A stretch of 64,000 nt of DNA, taken from Vitrella brassicaformis CCMP3155. Its lineage: Eukaryota > Protista > Chromerida. Position numbers and translations under genes: made by a program. Below the pieces are notes generated by a model, which saw only the letters and a list, made by a program, of their open reading frames with translations, did not search any database and was not told the origin of the DNA. How positions within the stretch are numbered: the stretch's first letter is position 1; each line of letters starts with the position of its first letter. The stretch is from contig CDMY01000781.1 in the NCBI GenBank assembly GCA_001179505.1, forward strand, positions 62,001 to 126,000, in the 5' to 3' direction. Positions 25,132-38,204 of the stretch are shown here, one piece after another.

Positions 25132-27288
25132 ATGTCTGACAAGAAGAGGATGGAACTATGGGACGAAAAGCATCACGGTGCGAGTGATGGACAGCAGTCT
25201 TCGTCGGCTGATCCCCCCTCGTTCCCGAGTGACCACCACCTGAGAGACCGGTTCCCCAAGCTGCACGTGCAGTGTTGCAGTCGTTCCACGCTGACAGGTA
25301 CGGCAGAGAACACATGTGACCGGTACGGCAACTGATCAATGGGGGAGCTACAAGCCTGTGGCATTCTCTCTCGTGACACTGTGTCCTCAGCTCCGTCGGG
25401 ACCGGTCCTGAGAGAGCCCTCTCCCTCCGGTCTATCACCGACGGAAGAGGGGGCGGTGGCGCCGCCTCCCAGCATCGCCTCCATACCCGTCGGCGGGTGA
25501 GAGAGACACTCTCGGCCATCCGCCCATTCAGGGGTGATGTTATATGCGGCATGTGTGTTCAGGATGCTAGATGTGGAAGCGTCCGATGACGAGTCGCCCC
25601 TCGCCACGGCCCTGCTCAGACGAAAGGCAGCCAACCAGTTCTGCCGCCGTCTCCCCACAATGGCTGCAGCCTTTGGGCGTGGAGACGACCTCACACTCAC
25701 GCAAGGGGGCGACACCGAGGATGCATTCACGCGCGTCCGCAACCCGTCCTACATCATGCGCAAAACACAGAGCGAGTACTTCGAGGACCGCACGGCCGAA
25801 GTAGAGCCGCGCAAACCGTCGCCTGGTGAGCGGCTGATGATTCTGGAGCGCCTGAGATTGCCCCTCGAGGGCGATGGCGCCCCGCCGGCACCTGAGAACG
25901 GAATCGAAGACGAGGAGACGGCTGACGATTCGCCGCTCGGGAAAGCTTTGGTGGAGCGGAAGAGACATATGCATCACCACCTTGGGGCAGCGACAGCGAC
26001 CCAGCAGGCGGCGCCCGAGCTCACGACAGTGGATCAAGACGGCGAGTGTCCCTCCCCCCTCGGTGCAGCCCTCCTGCAGCGGAAGAGGTCGGCACAGATG
26101 GCGCGGTCCACAGAGTCAGTTCCGCTCCCCTTCGTCCCGTCGATCGAGTACGATGACGAGGATTCCTCTTCCCGCATGGGCGAGGCCCTCCTGCAGCGCA
26201 AGCACACGTGGCAGCGGGCGCGGGCCGACACGGTGCCTGCCGGGGAGACCATCCCTGACGAGCTCGAGTATCACGAGGAGGGCGACTCTTCACCGCTCGG
26301 CACGGCCCTCCTCCAACGCAAACGGTCCGCCCGAAGCAGGACGCACACGGACCTTCCCCTGGAAGACACAGGAGACCATATGGTGCACTCACATGCCCCT
26401 CCGGCACCAGTAGTCCCAGCAGCACCAGCACCCGAGAGGAATGTCCCGCCTCTGCCCTACCAGCCATCGTTCGAAGCCGTCGACAGGCCGACGGGCGTTC
26501 TCGGGCAGGAGCTGGCAGCGCGGATGCTCGGGCAGGAGCCGGCAGATGCGCTGGAGACGGCCGCTGCCCCGCCGCTGCCGAGCGACACGTCGGATGAGAT
26601 GCCCAGTGTGAGCCAGGATGACACCTCGCCATTCAGCAAGGCCCAACGACGACAGCTGGCACAGGAAGGCGGGGAAGGGGAGCTTGTTGTGCGGCAGTCC
26701 GTGACTGACTCGTCACTCGGCAGTTTCTTGTTGGAGCGCAAGCATGAGGTGCAGCGCCACCGTGACGAGCCGGCACCGGCCTCCGACCTGCATCGGCGCA
26801 AGACCGCCCACCTCCTGGAGGAGGAGCTGCGTGAAGACAACGAAGACGCGTTCCTGAACCCCGAAGACACGATGGTGGGAAGAGCGGTGGACCGGCCTCG
26901 AGACACCGACTACAACATCCCTTTCCATCCGTCGATCGAGCACCTCGAGCGCATGCGCGGCAGCACCGTCGGAACCCTCCCTCTGGCAGCAGCACCAGCA
27001 CAGAAGCGGCTGCTGTCGCCCGAAGAACATGATGAGGACGACTATGACTCGACCGATGCGGGGGATTCTCCGTCCGTGTTAGGCGATGCTCTGTTGCTGC
27101 GCAAGCGGGAGAACGAGCTGTCTCGTTTGAGAGAACAGGCGGAGATCGACCAGCAGGCGACACAGCAGGAAGACTCGCTGCTTCAGCCGCCGGAGGGGGG
27201 AGGGGACGAGGAGCAGTCAGACGACCAATCTGCGCTCGGCAGTTTCTTGTTGGAGCGCAAGCATGAGAGGCAGCTGCACCGTGTGTGA
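25132..27288 (+). CDS. Acidic, probably disordered protein with nine S-x-L-G-x-[AF]-L-L-x-R-K motifs
   Basis: Two short 5' exons (MSDKKRMELW..., APSGPVLREP...) splice in frame into the 584-codon ORF. The 3' end may continue after a gtgagt donor at ~27285. Confidence 0.75.
26716..27267 (+). repeat. Identical 33-bp direct repeat (ctcggcagtttcttgttggagcgcaagcatgag) at 26716-26748 and 27235-27267
   Basis: Read directly; both copies encode LGSFLLERKHE. Confidence 0.95.
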
Positions 27289-27757
27289 GTACGGGGTGGA
27301 AGGGGGCGTGTGTGTAGCTGGCTCTTCTTTTTTCTTCAAGTGAGAGAGAGAGAGACTCCAATTGAGAGACACAGCGAGGGAGACCGAGAGAGTGAGAGAG
27401 GGAGGTAGTAGGGATGAAGGGAAAAAGGGGAGGATGCACTCCTTGGGCAGGCAGACCCACAGGCTGCATTGGCACAGCACATGCATTGTGATATACACGT
27501 ATACTGTGGTTGTATTTTTCTCCAACACACGTTCGGGTGCGGTGTGCATGGACACGATAGATAGGGTACCCTGCCTACATCACGTGGACGCAAACAAACA
27601 CACAAAATCAATCAATGAATGAATGAATGCTGTCGTCAATAGCGACCGAATCGACCAGTCAAGTCAGTCCAGTGAAATGACACGCCCACACCCAACCCAC
27701 ATACAATGCAGACACAAACAAAATACTTGGAAGCGCCAAGTGACAGACACATCACAT

Positions 27758-30746
27758 CTAGCGGATGCTCTCGAGTTCCATGTTTTCTGCTTCGTCCGAA
27801 CGGCTGGCCTGTTGTCTCTTCCACGCCCTGATCACATCCTGGGCGTTCGGCGGCCGCCCACCGCCACTGCCACTGCCACTGCCGTGACCATCGCCCCGCT
27901 TCACGCCTCTCGACCGCACAAACTGACGCTGCAGGGGCTTCACGTGCCGTTGTTGATGGTTGCTGCTTCTCTGTCTCTGCCCTGCGGCAACACACGCCCT
28001 ACACACAGAGAGAGAGGGAAGGCGCAGTGTCACTCGTGGCTCTTTTGTTTGCTTGTGGATGTCCTTTCCATCTCCCACAAGGACTGGCTGACTGACTGAG
28101 TGACTGACTTGGCGGTCGTGGCGTTTTGGAATCCCCACTCTTGCTGGACTGCAGCCACTCGGACACTCTTGGCGGAGAGACGCTGAGACACCGGCGAGTG
28201 GCTTGACGACGATGGCTCTGGCGACGCTCTGTGTCGGGACCGCTTGTCCGACGCAGCTGTGTCGGGCGGTGTGGCCCACGCCGTGATGGCCTCGCCTTCA
28301 TGCCCTCCTGCACCCCCTGCTTCAGTCATCATAGCCCGCGTGACGTTGGCCACCGCCTCAAGCAGGGCCTTGGGCGACGGGCGGGAGGGGTAGCCGTCAC
28401 CCAGTATCTCGTGCGCATGCGCCGGCACCTCGAGTGAGAATGGCTCTCTGAGGAATTCGTGTGGCGGGTGGATGAAGGGGTTGACGTCGATGAGCGAGAA
28501 GAATGAAGGGTCCAAATCGATGCTGCCCGCCAGATCGAGGGCGGCAGTGAGTCGGTGGCGCAGCTGGTGACCACGGTGAGCCGCCTGTAGTGCCAGAGAG
28601 AAGGAGTCAACACAAAAGTGGAGGACTCACAGGGAGGTATCTGCCATGACTTGCCTGTATTTTGACTGCAGCCAGTCGTCTCTTTCTGTCACATGGCAGG
28701 GCGACACCCCGCCGTCTTAATGCACTCCTCGTTCGCCATCCTCGCCAACAACGCTGCACACAGCCTGCGGCAGACTCCGCCGCCTCTCGCCTCCCCTCCT
28801 TCTCGCGCCAGTAGTGTATGTATGCCCACGCGATCCGCATTGCAGCATCGCTGCGGACAGCATAACCCCGCCAGTGCCGCTGGATCTCCACTGCGGCCGC
28901 CTTCTCTCGGCATATGTGGCGCCAGCGGGCAAAAGTAGTGCGAAGGTAGCGGTGCTGCGTCCGATTGATCTGTGTGGCCACTTGCCGGTCCCGCCAGGCC
29001 TTCCTCCTCCGCAGCTCGTCGACGAGCCTTCTCGCCTTCTGTGCGCGCCACACCGATTGGATGACGGTGGCAGCAATGCCTCGCCGCCTCGCCATGTCTC
29101 TCCTCCTTCGAGAAACCTCGTGCCGGGCGAGACACCTTCTGACAGCCGCCTGAATCGCCACTGCAGCCGAATTTTCCCTCTCTCGTTTTAGGCGCTCCTC
29201 TTCCGCTGCCCTGGCCTTCTCGATGGCCAGCTCGTGTTTCCTTTTCTTGAGCTCCTGTCTGCCGTGCCGCCATCCGCGCCAAAGGGACTGGATGCGGGTG
29301 GCCAAGCCCATCCGGCGATGACGCTTCTCCTCTTCTGCGCGTCGCTCTGCAAAGACACACCATGTGTGTGTGCTGTCTTATGGATGACTTCGTTTCTTTC
29401 TGCTGGATTGCTCACGTTGTCTGAGGGCTTCGCTATAGATCTCTTGTGCAGCCATGGCAGTGCACTCGCGTTGTCTGGATCGCTCCTCAGCACGCATCAG
29501 CCAAGACATGGCGTCTTCCCTCTCCATCGAACGCCGGGAGGCCCTGCAGATAGGTGTTGGGGTCACATTGTTGTGCTCTCCCAGAGCAGTCACTGTATCC
29601 TTGATTTCGCGCTGCCCACCTCTGTTGTTGTCGTTCCCAGGCGACGAACGCAAGCTGTCCTCGTTCTTCGTAGCACATGGCCGTCTCCTCACGCAGCCGA
29701 CGCCACTCCTCCTCTATCCTGCATTCACGAAGGAATGCGCATTCTTGCCAAAAGAAAAATATCTGCCTCTGTGTTCCTTGTACACCGCCACACCTTTGTT
29801 TCTCCGCCTCGATGGCTGCAACACGGGCTCTGAAGGCTGTCTCGGCCTGTGTGCATGTGTAGACAAAGGCATACAAATAAGTGGTGCTTGCTGTGTCCTT
29901 CTCGCTCACCTCTCGGCGCTCTCTTTCCGCTTCTGCCATGCAGTCAGCTTGGAAATCCTCTCCTGCAGCCGGCTCCACATAACACGTGGCAGCGACATTG
30001 GGCACCTCTTCAGCCGTGTCGCGCCTAATGTCATCCGATAAAGGCAATGCGTCCTTCATATCTGATCCCTCAGTCGATAACGGGGGGTCCGCCGGGGCCT
30101 CCTGTGCTTGCGCTGCCTTTGGCTCTGCAGCCTTGTGTTCGATGTCTGGGGAGTTCGCAGCAGTTTGGGGCTTCTCTTCTGGTGTCTCCCTGTTCGGCGG
30201 CTGTGTTCTGGCAATGATTGCGGAAGCCGGGCGCATTCGAGCGCCTTCTTTCCTGCCCCTAGAGTCCTCAATCGCTGCAGCCTTCTGCGCATCGATTGTC
30301 TTGAGCCTCTCCCGATACTGCCGCAGCGTGTCGGCGGCCTCTCTGCAGTCAGCAATGTCATCCTCGTCTCTCCCGATGGTGACAAATGCCTCCATGTCCC
30401 TCACCATGCTGTCCACAGACCGCTCGGGCAGCGCTGTGAGAGCCGTGAGCACCTCTGGCGGGCAGATCGGTGCCGTACTCGTGTCGGGGTCCAGTAGATG
30501 GTCGATTTTCCGCCTGGTCTCGGTCACTTGGGCGATGTCGGCGTCTCGATTGGTCTCCATGATGGATGAAAACTCATCCATTGCCTCGCTCAGGGCGTCA
30601 AGCAGGGCGGCAGTGGACGTGTCGGCTTCCGGCGGTGCGGAATCGTCCACCTCTTGTCTCATTTGCATGTCGATGTCCATCATAATGTCATCCTCGGACT
30701 CCCAGATGTCGTCGCATTCGAACTTGTCGTCGTATATCATCTGCAT
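27758..30746 (-). CDS. Multi-IQ-motif (calmodulin-binding) coiled-coil protein with an LRRIQ1-like C-terminal signature
   Basis: About six IQ motifs (IQSLWRGWR, IQAAVRR, IQSVWRA, IQRHWRGY, VQRCWRGWR, IQA|AHRG) and VQQEWGFQNATTAK. The start is uncertain; stop TAG at 27758. Confidence 0.75.
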
Positions 30747-30779
30747 GAGAGATAAGCACCGCGGGGGGAGACTGCGGGC

Positions 30780-30787
30780 AGCTCGCA
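30780..30787. promoter_or_regulatory. Candidate upstream motif AGCTCGCA
   Basis: Exact 8-mer between the IQ-protein and SPRY-protein 5' ends. Confidence 0.4.
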
Positions 30788-31027
30788 CTGCCCCCGCGTC
30801 TCGACTGTGTGGACGAAATCCCTTCCGCTCCCTTCTCATCCTCAGAGCAGCGTATTGTCGAAGATGGCGGAAACACCGGTTGCAGGAGCTGATACACAGT
30901 TTCCTTCCACCGCGCCAGCACGCCACCTCCACTACGCAGCCAACACTCGACTGCAGCAAACAAGTGAGGATACGTAGCTTAACACACATACATGTTTGTT
31001 GCATATATGCGTACGAGTGCGTGCGTA

Positions 31028-34000
31028 ATGCACTTGTTGCAGCCTGGGACCGTTGCCTCGTTGTGGAAAAGTAAGAAGAGTAAGGAAGGAAAAGTCAGGA
31101 GAGCATGTCGGTCGGTTCCATGCCCATGACATTGTTTGTGTCCGCAGCGTGTCTTCGCCAGCCCGTGCGACGGCCGTTCAGCTGCTGGAGAAGCCATTCT
31201 CCCACCCCAACAGCCCCCGAGACTTCTTCTATGTGCAGATCCTCTCGCGCCGCAGACCCGGGTGCAAGTCGACACATGAGGAGCTCAACCCCGCTCTGCC
31301 CTGCAGCAGAGTGGTGCTGGGGATGGCTGAGCGGCTGTTCCCCTTGTCGGACTCCCCTGGCCAGTACGGCAACAGCATTGGCTGGAACACCATGTCGGGC
31401 TGGTGTTTGCACAGGGGGACCGCCGTTGTCAGAGAGACTTCAACAGTCAAGTGAGGGAGGGGACGAGCGGCATCGTTCGATTGCTGTCTAAGGTGTTGTT
31501 CCTGCGCTGCTGCATCTGTGAAGGGTCGGCGATGAGCTCGGCATATGGGTGGAGTTCATTCGTGCCAGCACACCGCCTGTGGGCGAGCAACAACAGCCTT
31601 ACCCGACTGCCGTCACTCCTCACCGCTTCACCCGCCGCATCTGGTTCGCCCTCAATGGCTCTCTGATCGCCTTCCACGACCTGGAGCCCAGAGAGGACCT
31701 CCTCCCCACCGTCACATTGCTAGAGGTGCGCTGCGCGCCAGATGGATGGAAGCAATGCCTTGCCTTCTTGATGTGTATGAGTATATGATGTATGTCATCT
31801 GTCGTGTTGTGTTGTGTTGTGTTGTGTGTCAGCCAGCCAGGTGACCGTGTGTGCCTCTTCCCCCACCTTTTCGCCAGCCCTTTCCGGCCACCCGCCCCTT
31901 CCTCCCTCCCACCAGTGCCCTCACCGAGGTCCTTCGCCGGGTTGGTGGACAGCAAGGGCGGCGGCGCTGGCCAGCCGGCAGCGGCCCCGGGGTTCCCCCA
32001 GGACGGAGGACTGTTCATGACACCGGCATATGTCACGGCGACACAGGGCACTCTCAAGAACACTATACAGGGCAACATCAGCAAGTGGGTGTCTCGTCTT
32101 TGGCTGCGTGTGTTTGTCTGACGGCATCTGTTGTGTGTCGTTCTATCGTTCTAGGAGGGGCACCGTCCGCGTGACCGAGGCTCTGTCCCGCGATCTGAAT
32201 TATTATGAGGTAGTGGTGTTGAATGTGCAGAAGATCGGCCCGCCCGGGCTGACCGTCGGCATCGCAACCGCCGACCAACTGCTCACAGTGAGGGACGGCC
32301 AGCCAGGCTGAGAGGGTGTATCTGTGCGTACGTCTCATTCATTTGACAGGAGCCGCTTGAGACGGGCCTCGACGCGGCCCGCGGTGTGCTGCTGAATCGC
32401 CACCGGGACGGGCACTGCTCCGTCACCGAAGTAGAGGAAGAAATCTCAATCAGCACAGGAGACTGCATCGGTAGACCATCCATCCATCCTCCATCACCCT
32501 TACACACGCACCAAAGGCTGCATCGTGTTCATTATATGCAGGTTGCGGCATCATCTGGGCCTCCCCTGAGCTCCTCTCCGGGCAGCAGACGACACTCACG
32601 CGGATCACGGCCATGATGGGCTTCGGCGGCGCCAAGAAATCCCCATCTCGCGAGCAGAGGAGCCGCGGCTCATCCATCCAGGAGGAGCCACCCGACATTG
32701 CCCCCACCTCTCCCAGCAGCCCCTCGGCCGCGTCTCAGCAGAACCGCCCCCCCCTGCCAAAGACGAAGACAACCGCTGCTGCTGCTGCTGCTCCTGCAGA
32801 TGCCCCCCGAATGGTTAGCCTGCCGTTCCTCTTCGACAGATCAGGCGGGGCGGGGAGGAAGGAGAGCGGCGCGGGGAAGGAGAAGTCGCCGCAGAGCTTG
32901 GATGGCGGGACGCCACACGGGGAGAGGAACCAGGTGGATGAGCTCGAGAGCCTGCTGAAGCGTCAGCAGACAAAGGACACGAGGGTCAAGCTCTTCAGCC
33001 TGGTCACGGTCGGCAACGCCGGCAGGTTCACCGCAAGAGCCGCGTGAGACACACGCACACACAGACGCGTGTAGAGACACCCGTTGGCATCTTGGTCATC
33101 CATCGGCTCCTGCCCTGCATGCAGGAATGCCGCCCACTTGGCCAAGATGGAGGCCATTTTCGCGAGCAGCTTGGACGAGTCCCTCCAGTCAATCGGCGCC
33201 GCGGTTCACGAGCAGCTCTCCTTCTACCTCGACCAGCTTAAGAGCCAAGCCAACCTGTCAACCAAGGACACCACCCAGCTGCAGACCATCCTCCGGCAGT
33301 TCTCGTCGTTTGACCACACCATCCATGAGGGTGAGGAGGACACCGAGGAAGCCAACGCATGGGCTCAATTGGAACCCGGGGGCGAGTCCCCGGCAGCAGC
33401 AGAGGGGACGGCCGTCCTCGCCCTTCCCACCGTCACTAGTGAGGAGCCGCCACCACCAGAAGCCCCTGATGACCTACTGTGGGCAGACATGGCCAAAGAC
33501 ACCACTTCCGTGCAGGAGCAGCAAGAACCCACCCAGCAGCAGCAGCAGCCGCCGCCGCAGCCGCCGCAGCCGCAGCAGCAGGAGCCACCGCGATCTCCCG
33601 CGCCCGGAGCCTCCGAGGAGCCGCACTCGATCGTCCTTCATGAGACAGCTGCTGATCGACAGCGAAGAGCATCCCAGGAGTCTCTGCTCTCTGTGGCCCC
33701 ATCGCTAAGGGAGTCGTCTCCCAGCGGCGGGAGGCTGAGATCGATGGCCTCCCGTGCTGGCGGAGGACGGCGGCAGGTGGCCTCTCCAGGTATGGGTCTG
33801 GGGGGCGTCGGGTGCGTGTTTGTCACGCTGAATGGCCGGCTGGTCGGCAGCTGTCAGCCCGAGTGGCTCAAACGAGACACAAAGGTGTATCCGGCATTTA
33901 CCCTCGATGGAGGCGTGAGTGTCCGATACTGGGCGCCCAAGGAGGCCCGTGGGATAATGGATTTCTCCGAGAGCAGCGAGACCAGGCCGCCGTCACTATA

Positions 34001-37000
34001 CAGCCAAAGCCTTTCCCTGTCATACCTCAAGGACATTGTGGTTTGTGCCTACCGAGACGCGAGTGTTCTGCGACGGCGTGTCTGTCTCGTGTGTGCGTAC
34101 CTACTTGTGCAGGTGAAGCAGTTCGGTCCTTTTGCGTGCCATCGCTGCGTGTTCAATGGCTGGAGCATCGTGTCCGGCGATGTGCCTGTGCCAACAAAGG
34201 GCCGAGCGGCCGCTGCGATCGTCTTCAGGCGCCCCCTGTCACCCGGCAATCCGTTCTTCGAGGCAGGCGGCTAGTCAAAACACACACACACGCACATATG
34301 TCCCTCCCTGTGTGCGGCCAGGTGACGTTAACGGACACGACGGACGTGTTGATAGGGCTGGGTGGCGACCACCGGAACTTCCGCAACGACCAGCCGCCGC
34401 GGATTGGTGACGAGATGCACTCGCTGGCCATCCACCCGAGGCTCGGGGTCATGCAGACAAACCGCGAGAACTCGCCGCTACCCCTGCAATGGACAGCACA
34501 GATCGGTGACAGGTACGCACAACAGCCTGCCTATGGCACGCACTCAGAGCTGGAGCTTTGTGTCTGTCTCACACAGGGTTCGTCTGTCCGCTTCCTTCGG
34601 CGCACATGGCGAGTTCGATCACGCCGTGGTGGTGGGTGTGAACGAGGATGTGGTGGGCGAGTACCCGGTGCTCATGAGCACCGCCTCCCTCCACCCTACA
34701 GTCATCTTCAACGCGCCCAACCAGACCGTGAACGTCCGATTCGCTGGCCCATTTGCAGAAGACGACCACGGGGGGGAGGGCTCATCGGACCTCGCCCAAC
34801 ACGTCTTGAGATGCATTCGTGCACAGACCTCGCTGAACCACCATCCTCCTACCGCCTCACCGAGACCAACACCCATCCCTCTCGCCGCGTCTCAGATCAA
34901 GACGGTGACGCTGCCGTCAGCTGCCAATGGTGGCGGACATGAGGACACTCGTCGGCCACTCAGTGTGAGCGGTGATCTTCACAGCCAAACGCACAGCCGG
35001 CGGTCCAGCATAATGAGCGCAAGGTCCCAGCGGTCGAATGAGCAGCGAGAGAAGGACAGAGAGACATGCAGAGAGAGGGAGAGGGGTCTGGTCAAGGAAG
35101 ACCTGGAGCCACCGGGGAGGACCAGGGAGACGGCACTTGCTGCGGCCATGAGGAACTCGGCACTCGCGCTGGCTGATATCCGTGTAAGGAAGACAGCACA
35201 GCATACACACACGATGAATGAATGTAACTCACCTTCGGCTGCTTGTTTATTAGGCGGCGAGTCGAGCACCCGATTTGCTGCCCTCCGGTGGCCCGTTGCC
35301 CGTCATACGTGCAGCGCTGCCCGCGTCGCTACGACACGTTGATCCGGCATACTCGCCCGCCACGATGGCCCAGCTGTGCTCACTGCTCCAAAGGGTCAGC
35401 GAAGGTGGGCAGGTGTCGACTTGTTTGTACGTATCTCTGCCATGGCATGCAGATGGCGGTGTTGTCGTTGGACGACCGCGGCGCTCGGCTGAAGCGCTTC
35501 GGTCCCATCTCAGGCGAGTGGCTTGCGCCCAACCGCGAGAACTTCATCGAAGTCCTCAACGCAGCAGAGGTAGGTAGGTAGATACCCGTTTGCCTTGCCA
35601 TTCATCCTTTCCTTTCATCGCCCATGTGTCTCCCTGTCTCTCTCTGCTTGTGTCTACGCGTCAGATGCTCGACATAGCGCATCAGCGTTTTCGCACGTCC
35701 ACACACGGGCAGGTAGAGCTCACTGCCCAAGGTGAAGTCATCGAGTCTTTGTCAAAGGGCATCTCGCGGGCTCCCTCCATCCTGCCTGTGGTGGCGGTGC
35801 ACGGCGCCGACCTCAGCTTCCAGATCCAGCCTCCCAAGTCGCGGTTCGAGACCATATTCGACGAGATGCGCATGGGCGAGCAGCAGACAGGGGAGGCGGC
35901 GAAGGGGAGGAAAAGCTTGGAGAAGGGCGCACTGTCCCCTCTCCAAAGACTCCTCTCACCGGACCGTAGGCGTCGCTTTTACCCATGCTTGATTCTCATC
36001 GTGTCTGGGCTTCTGCCTGTCAGAGTCTCGCTTTCCCGCTGAAGCCCCCAAGGCTCCACAGAACGAGACATCACCGCCACCAGAGGACACTCCCTCGCCA
36101 GAAGGCTCACCCGAGCCAACCCCTGATCATCAGCCACCGTCTGCGACGCAGCCCCGCCGGCCAGCACACGGGCGGGAGCTGGTCAAGCGGCTCAAGCAGA
36201 AGGTGCAGGTGGCAAGAGTGCTGGCACGCTTCCACAGGGGGATGACCAAGACCGGAGACATTTCCAAGACGCACACCAGTGCATCGGTGCCGTCGTCCAG
36301 ACGGTCATCCACGGCGGAGAAGGAGGTATGCGAGGCGATGTGATAGATGAGGGCTTATCGCGCATTCTCATTCATGGGTGTTGTGGAGCTATCAGGACGA
36401 TCGTCTGGAAGTATTCCGTCGTTCGCAAGCCCGTCGAGTGAGTTTGTTGGGCAAGGCGCCTGCCATGGCGGTGCACGACATGAGTGCGGCCACCAAAGGC
36501 ACCTCCGTCGTAGATTTGGACAGCGGCACCGTACTCACGGTCGGTATTGGGGCTTGCACGTTTGGCGTGTGTATGTCTCTGTCTCTTGCCGTCTCTTCCT
36601 CTGGTGGTTCAGTACATGAACAACATGCACAATCTCGTTCGCGAGGCGGCTCCTGTGAACGAATTCGCCCTCAGGCCAAAAAGGTCAGCCTAACAGACCC
36701 TCTGTGTCTCTCACTCCTCGTCTCGAATGGGTGCAGAGGGTCTCAAATCTTCCTCGACTTTACCACAGAAAACCAAGAGTCCGTGAGACACAGCGCACGA
36801 CACACATACATGCGGCTTGCGCACGTGCCTCACTCACGTCTCCCCTTACAGGTATTCCCCCGCCCCCTCTACCCCCCGCTCGCGACACACGAAGCGGCAG
36901 GCCTCACAAACGCCCAAGCGGATCCCCTTTCGTCGACTCGACAGCACGGGCCCGACCCCAGCCAGCCGCCGGTCCAGCACCACCCACCTTCGCACATCCA

Positions 37001-37804
37001 TCGCCTCCATCACGGCCCGCACCCCCACCCACACAACCCCGGCTGCCAACAACGATCTCGAGGGCATCCACGCGAGACGGGCCTCCATCGTCCACATCGC
37101 CAACAGGCGGGCATCCATCTCCATGTCTGGCAGAGCGAGCCCCGCACAGCTCAGCCAGCGCTCCCACGTGTCTCGCGAGTCGTCACGGTCCCAGCTCGAC
37201 ACGCCCACCGCGTCGCCAAGAAGGACGGGGGGCGCCATGAGGGCACAGAGTAAGCGACATGCAGTCGCTGACCGTCATGCGCTGGTCCAGAAGGTGAGGA
37301 TCAAGAAGCTCGCGCAGAAGCAGGCCGGCCTGGCAGACGATGAGATGATTATCGAGGAGCATCCTGCCAGCACTGAGGGAGAGGTGGCGGGGGAGTTCCT
37401 TCGCGTAGGCGGACATGCGGACAGAAGGAGGGGCGAAAAAGGTGAGCGACTACGGCTGGCTGGCTGGCTGCGATGGTTTGTCGATTGCATGTATATATGC
37501 TTTGGGTGATGTCAGCCGGTACGGCGACGTTGTCTGAGCAGCGGCGGAACAAACTGCTGACTTATCTGAGCGGCCGACCACAGAACGTCCAGGGCATCAA
37601 CAGAAGGCGCACACTGAGGAGGTGGGGATGAGATAACAATCCCTTCAGCACAATCCGCTGTGCGAGCATGTCTGTGTCATTGCTCGTGTGCGTGTGTCCA
37701 GGTTATCGATAACAGCGAATGACAACATGTCGGTGCAGGATGCAGCAAAGGCGGCAGCGGAGTTCTATTCAGCAAAGATGGGCACACAGGGGCCGACTAG
37801 GTAG
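31028..37804 (+). CDS. Large protein with three SPRY/B30.2-like domains and an unrecognised C-terminal region
   Basis: SPRY-type elements: FFYVQI...VVLGMA...PGQYGNSIGW...VGDELGIW...IWFALNGSL...LLPTVTL; YYEVVVL...LTVGIA...GDCIG...VFVTLNGRL...VYPAFTL; PFFEVTL...VLIGL...IGD...VGVNEDV...LHPTVIF. Both ends are tentative. Confidence 0.65.
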
Positions 37805-38204
37805 CTGTCCCGACCAGTGCATGTAGACCCTCAATACAATACCCCTTGTGGTGACCACACGGAGCTTAGCTACTTGGGAACTAACTACTTGATGTGTATT
37901 GGTCTCTCTGAATGTCTCTTCTCTACTCATTCTTGATCGATCCAGTCAGTACACACATATGCAACCTACCTACCTACCAGTGCGTGTGCTACGCTACACA
38001 CACGAGCGATTGTTCCTTCCTTCCTCTCCTCTCGTCCGGCCGGACACGCACACACACACTCGCTCGCGATAACAAAGACTACTCATCCACTCATCCACAC
38101 ACAGGGAGGGAGGGAGGGAGGGAGGGATTGCATTTCGTCGCCCCCCAAACACCAGTCACTTCATCAGCTCTCTCTACTGGGGTCTGCGCGTCCATTCCTT
38201 TCCT

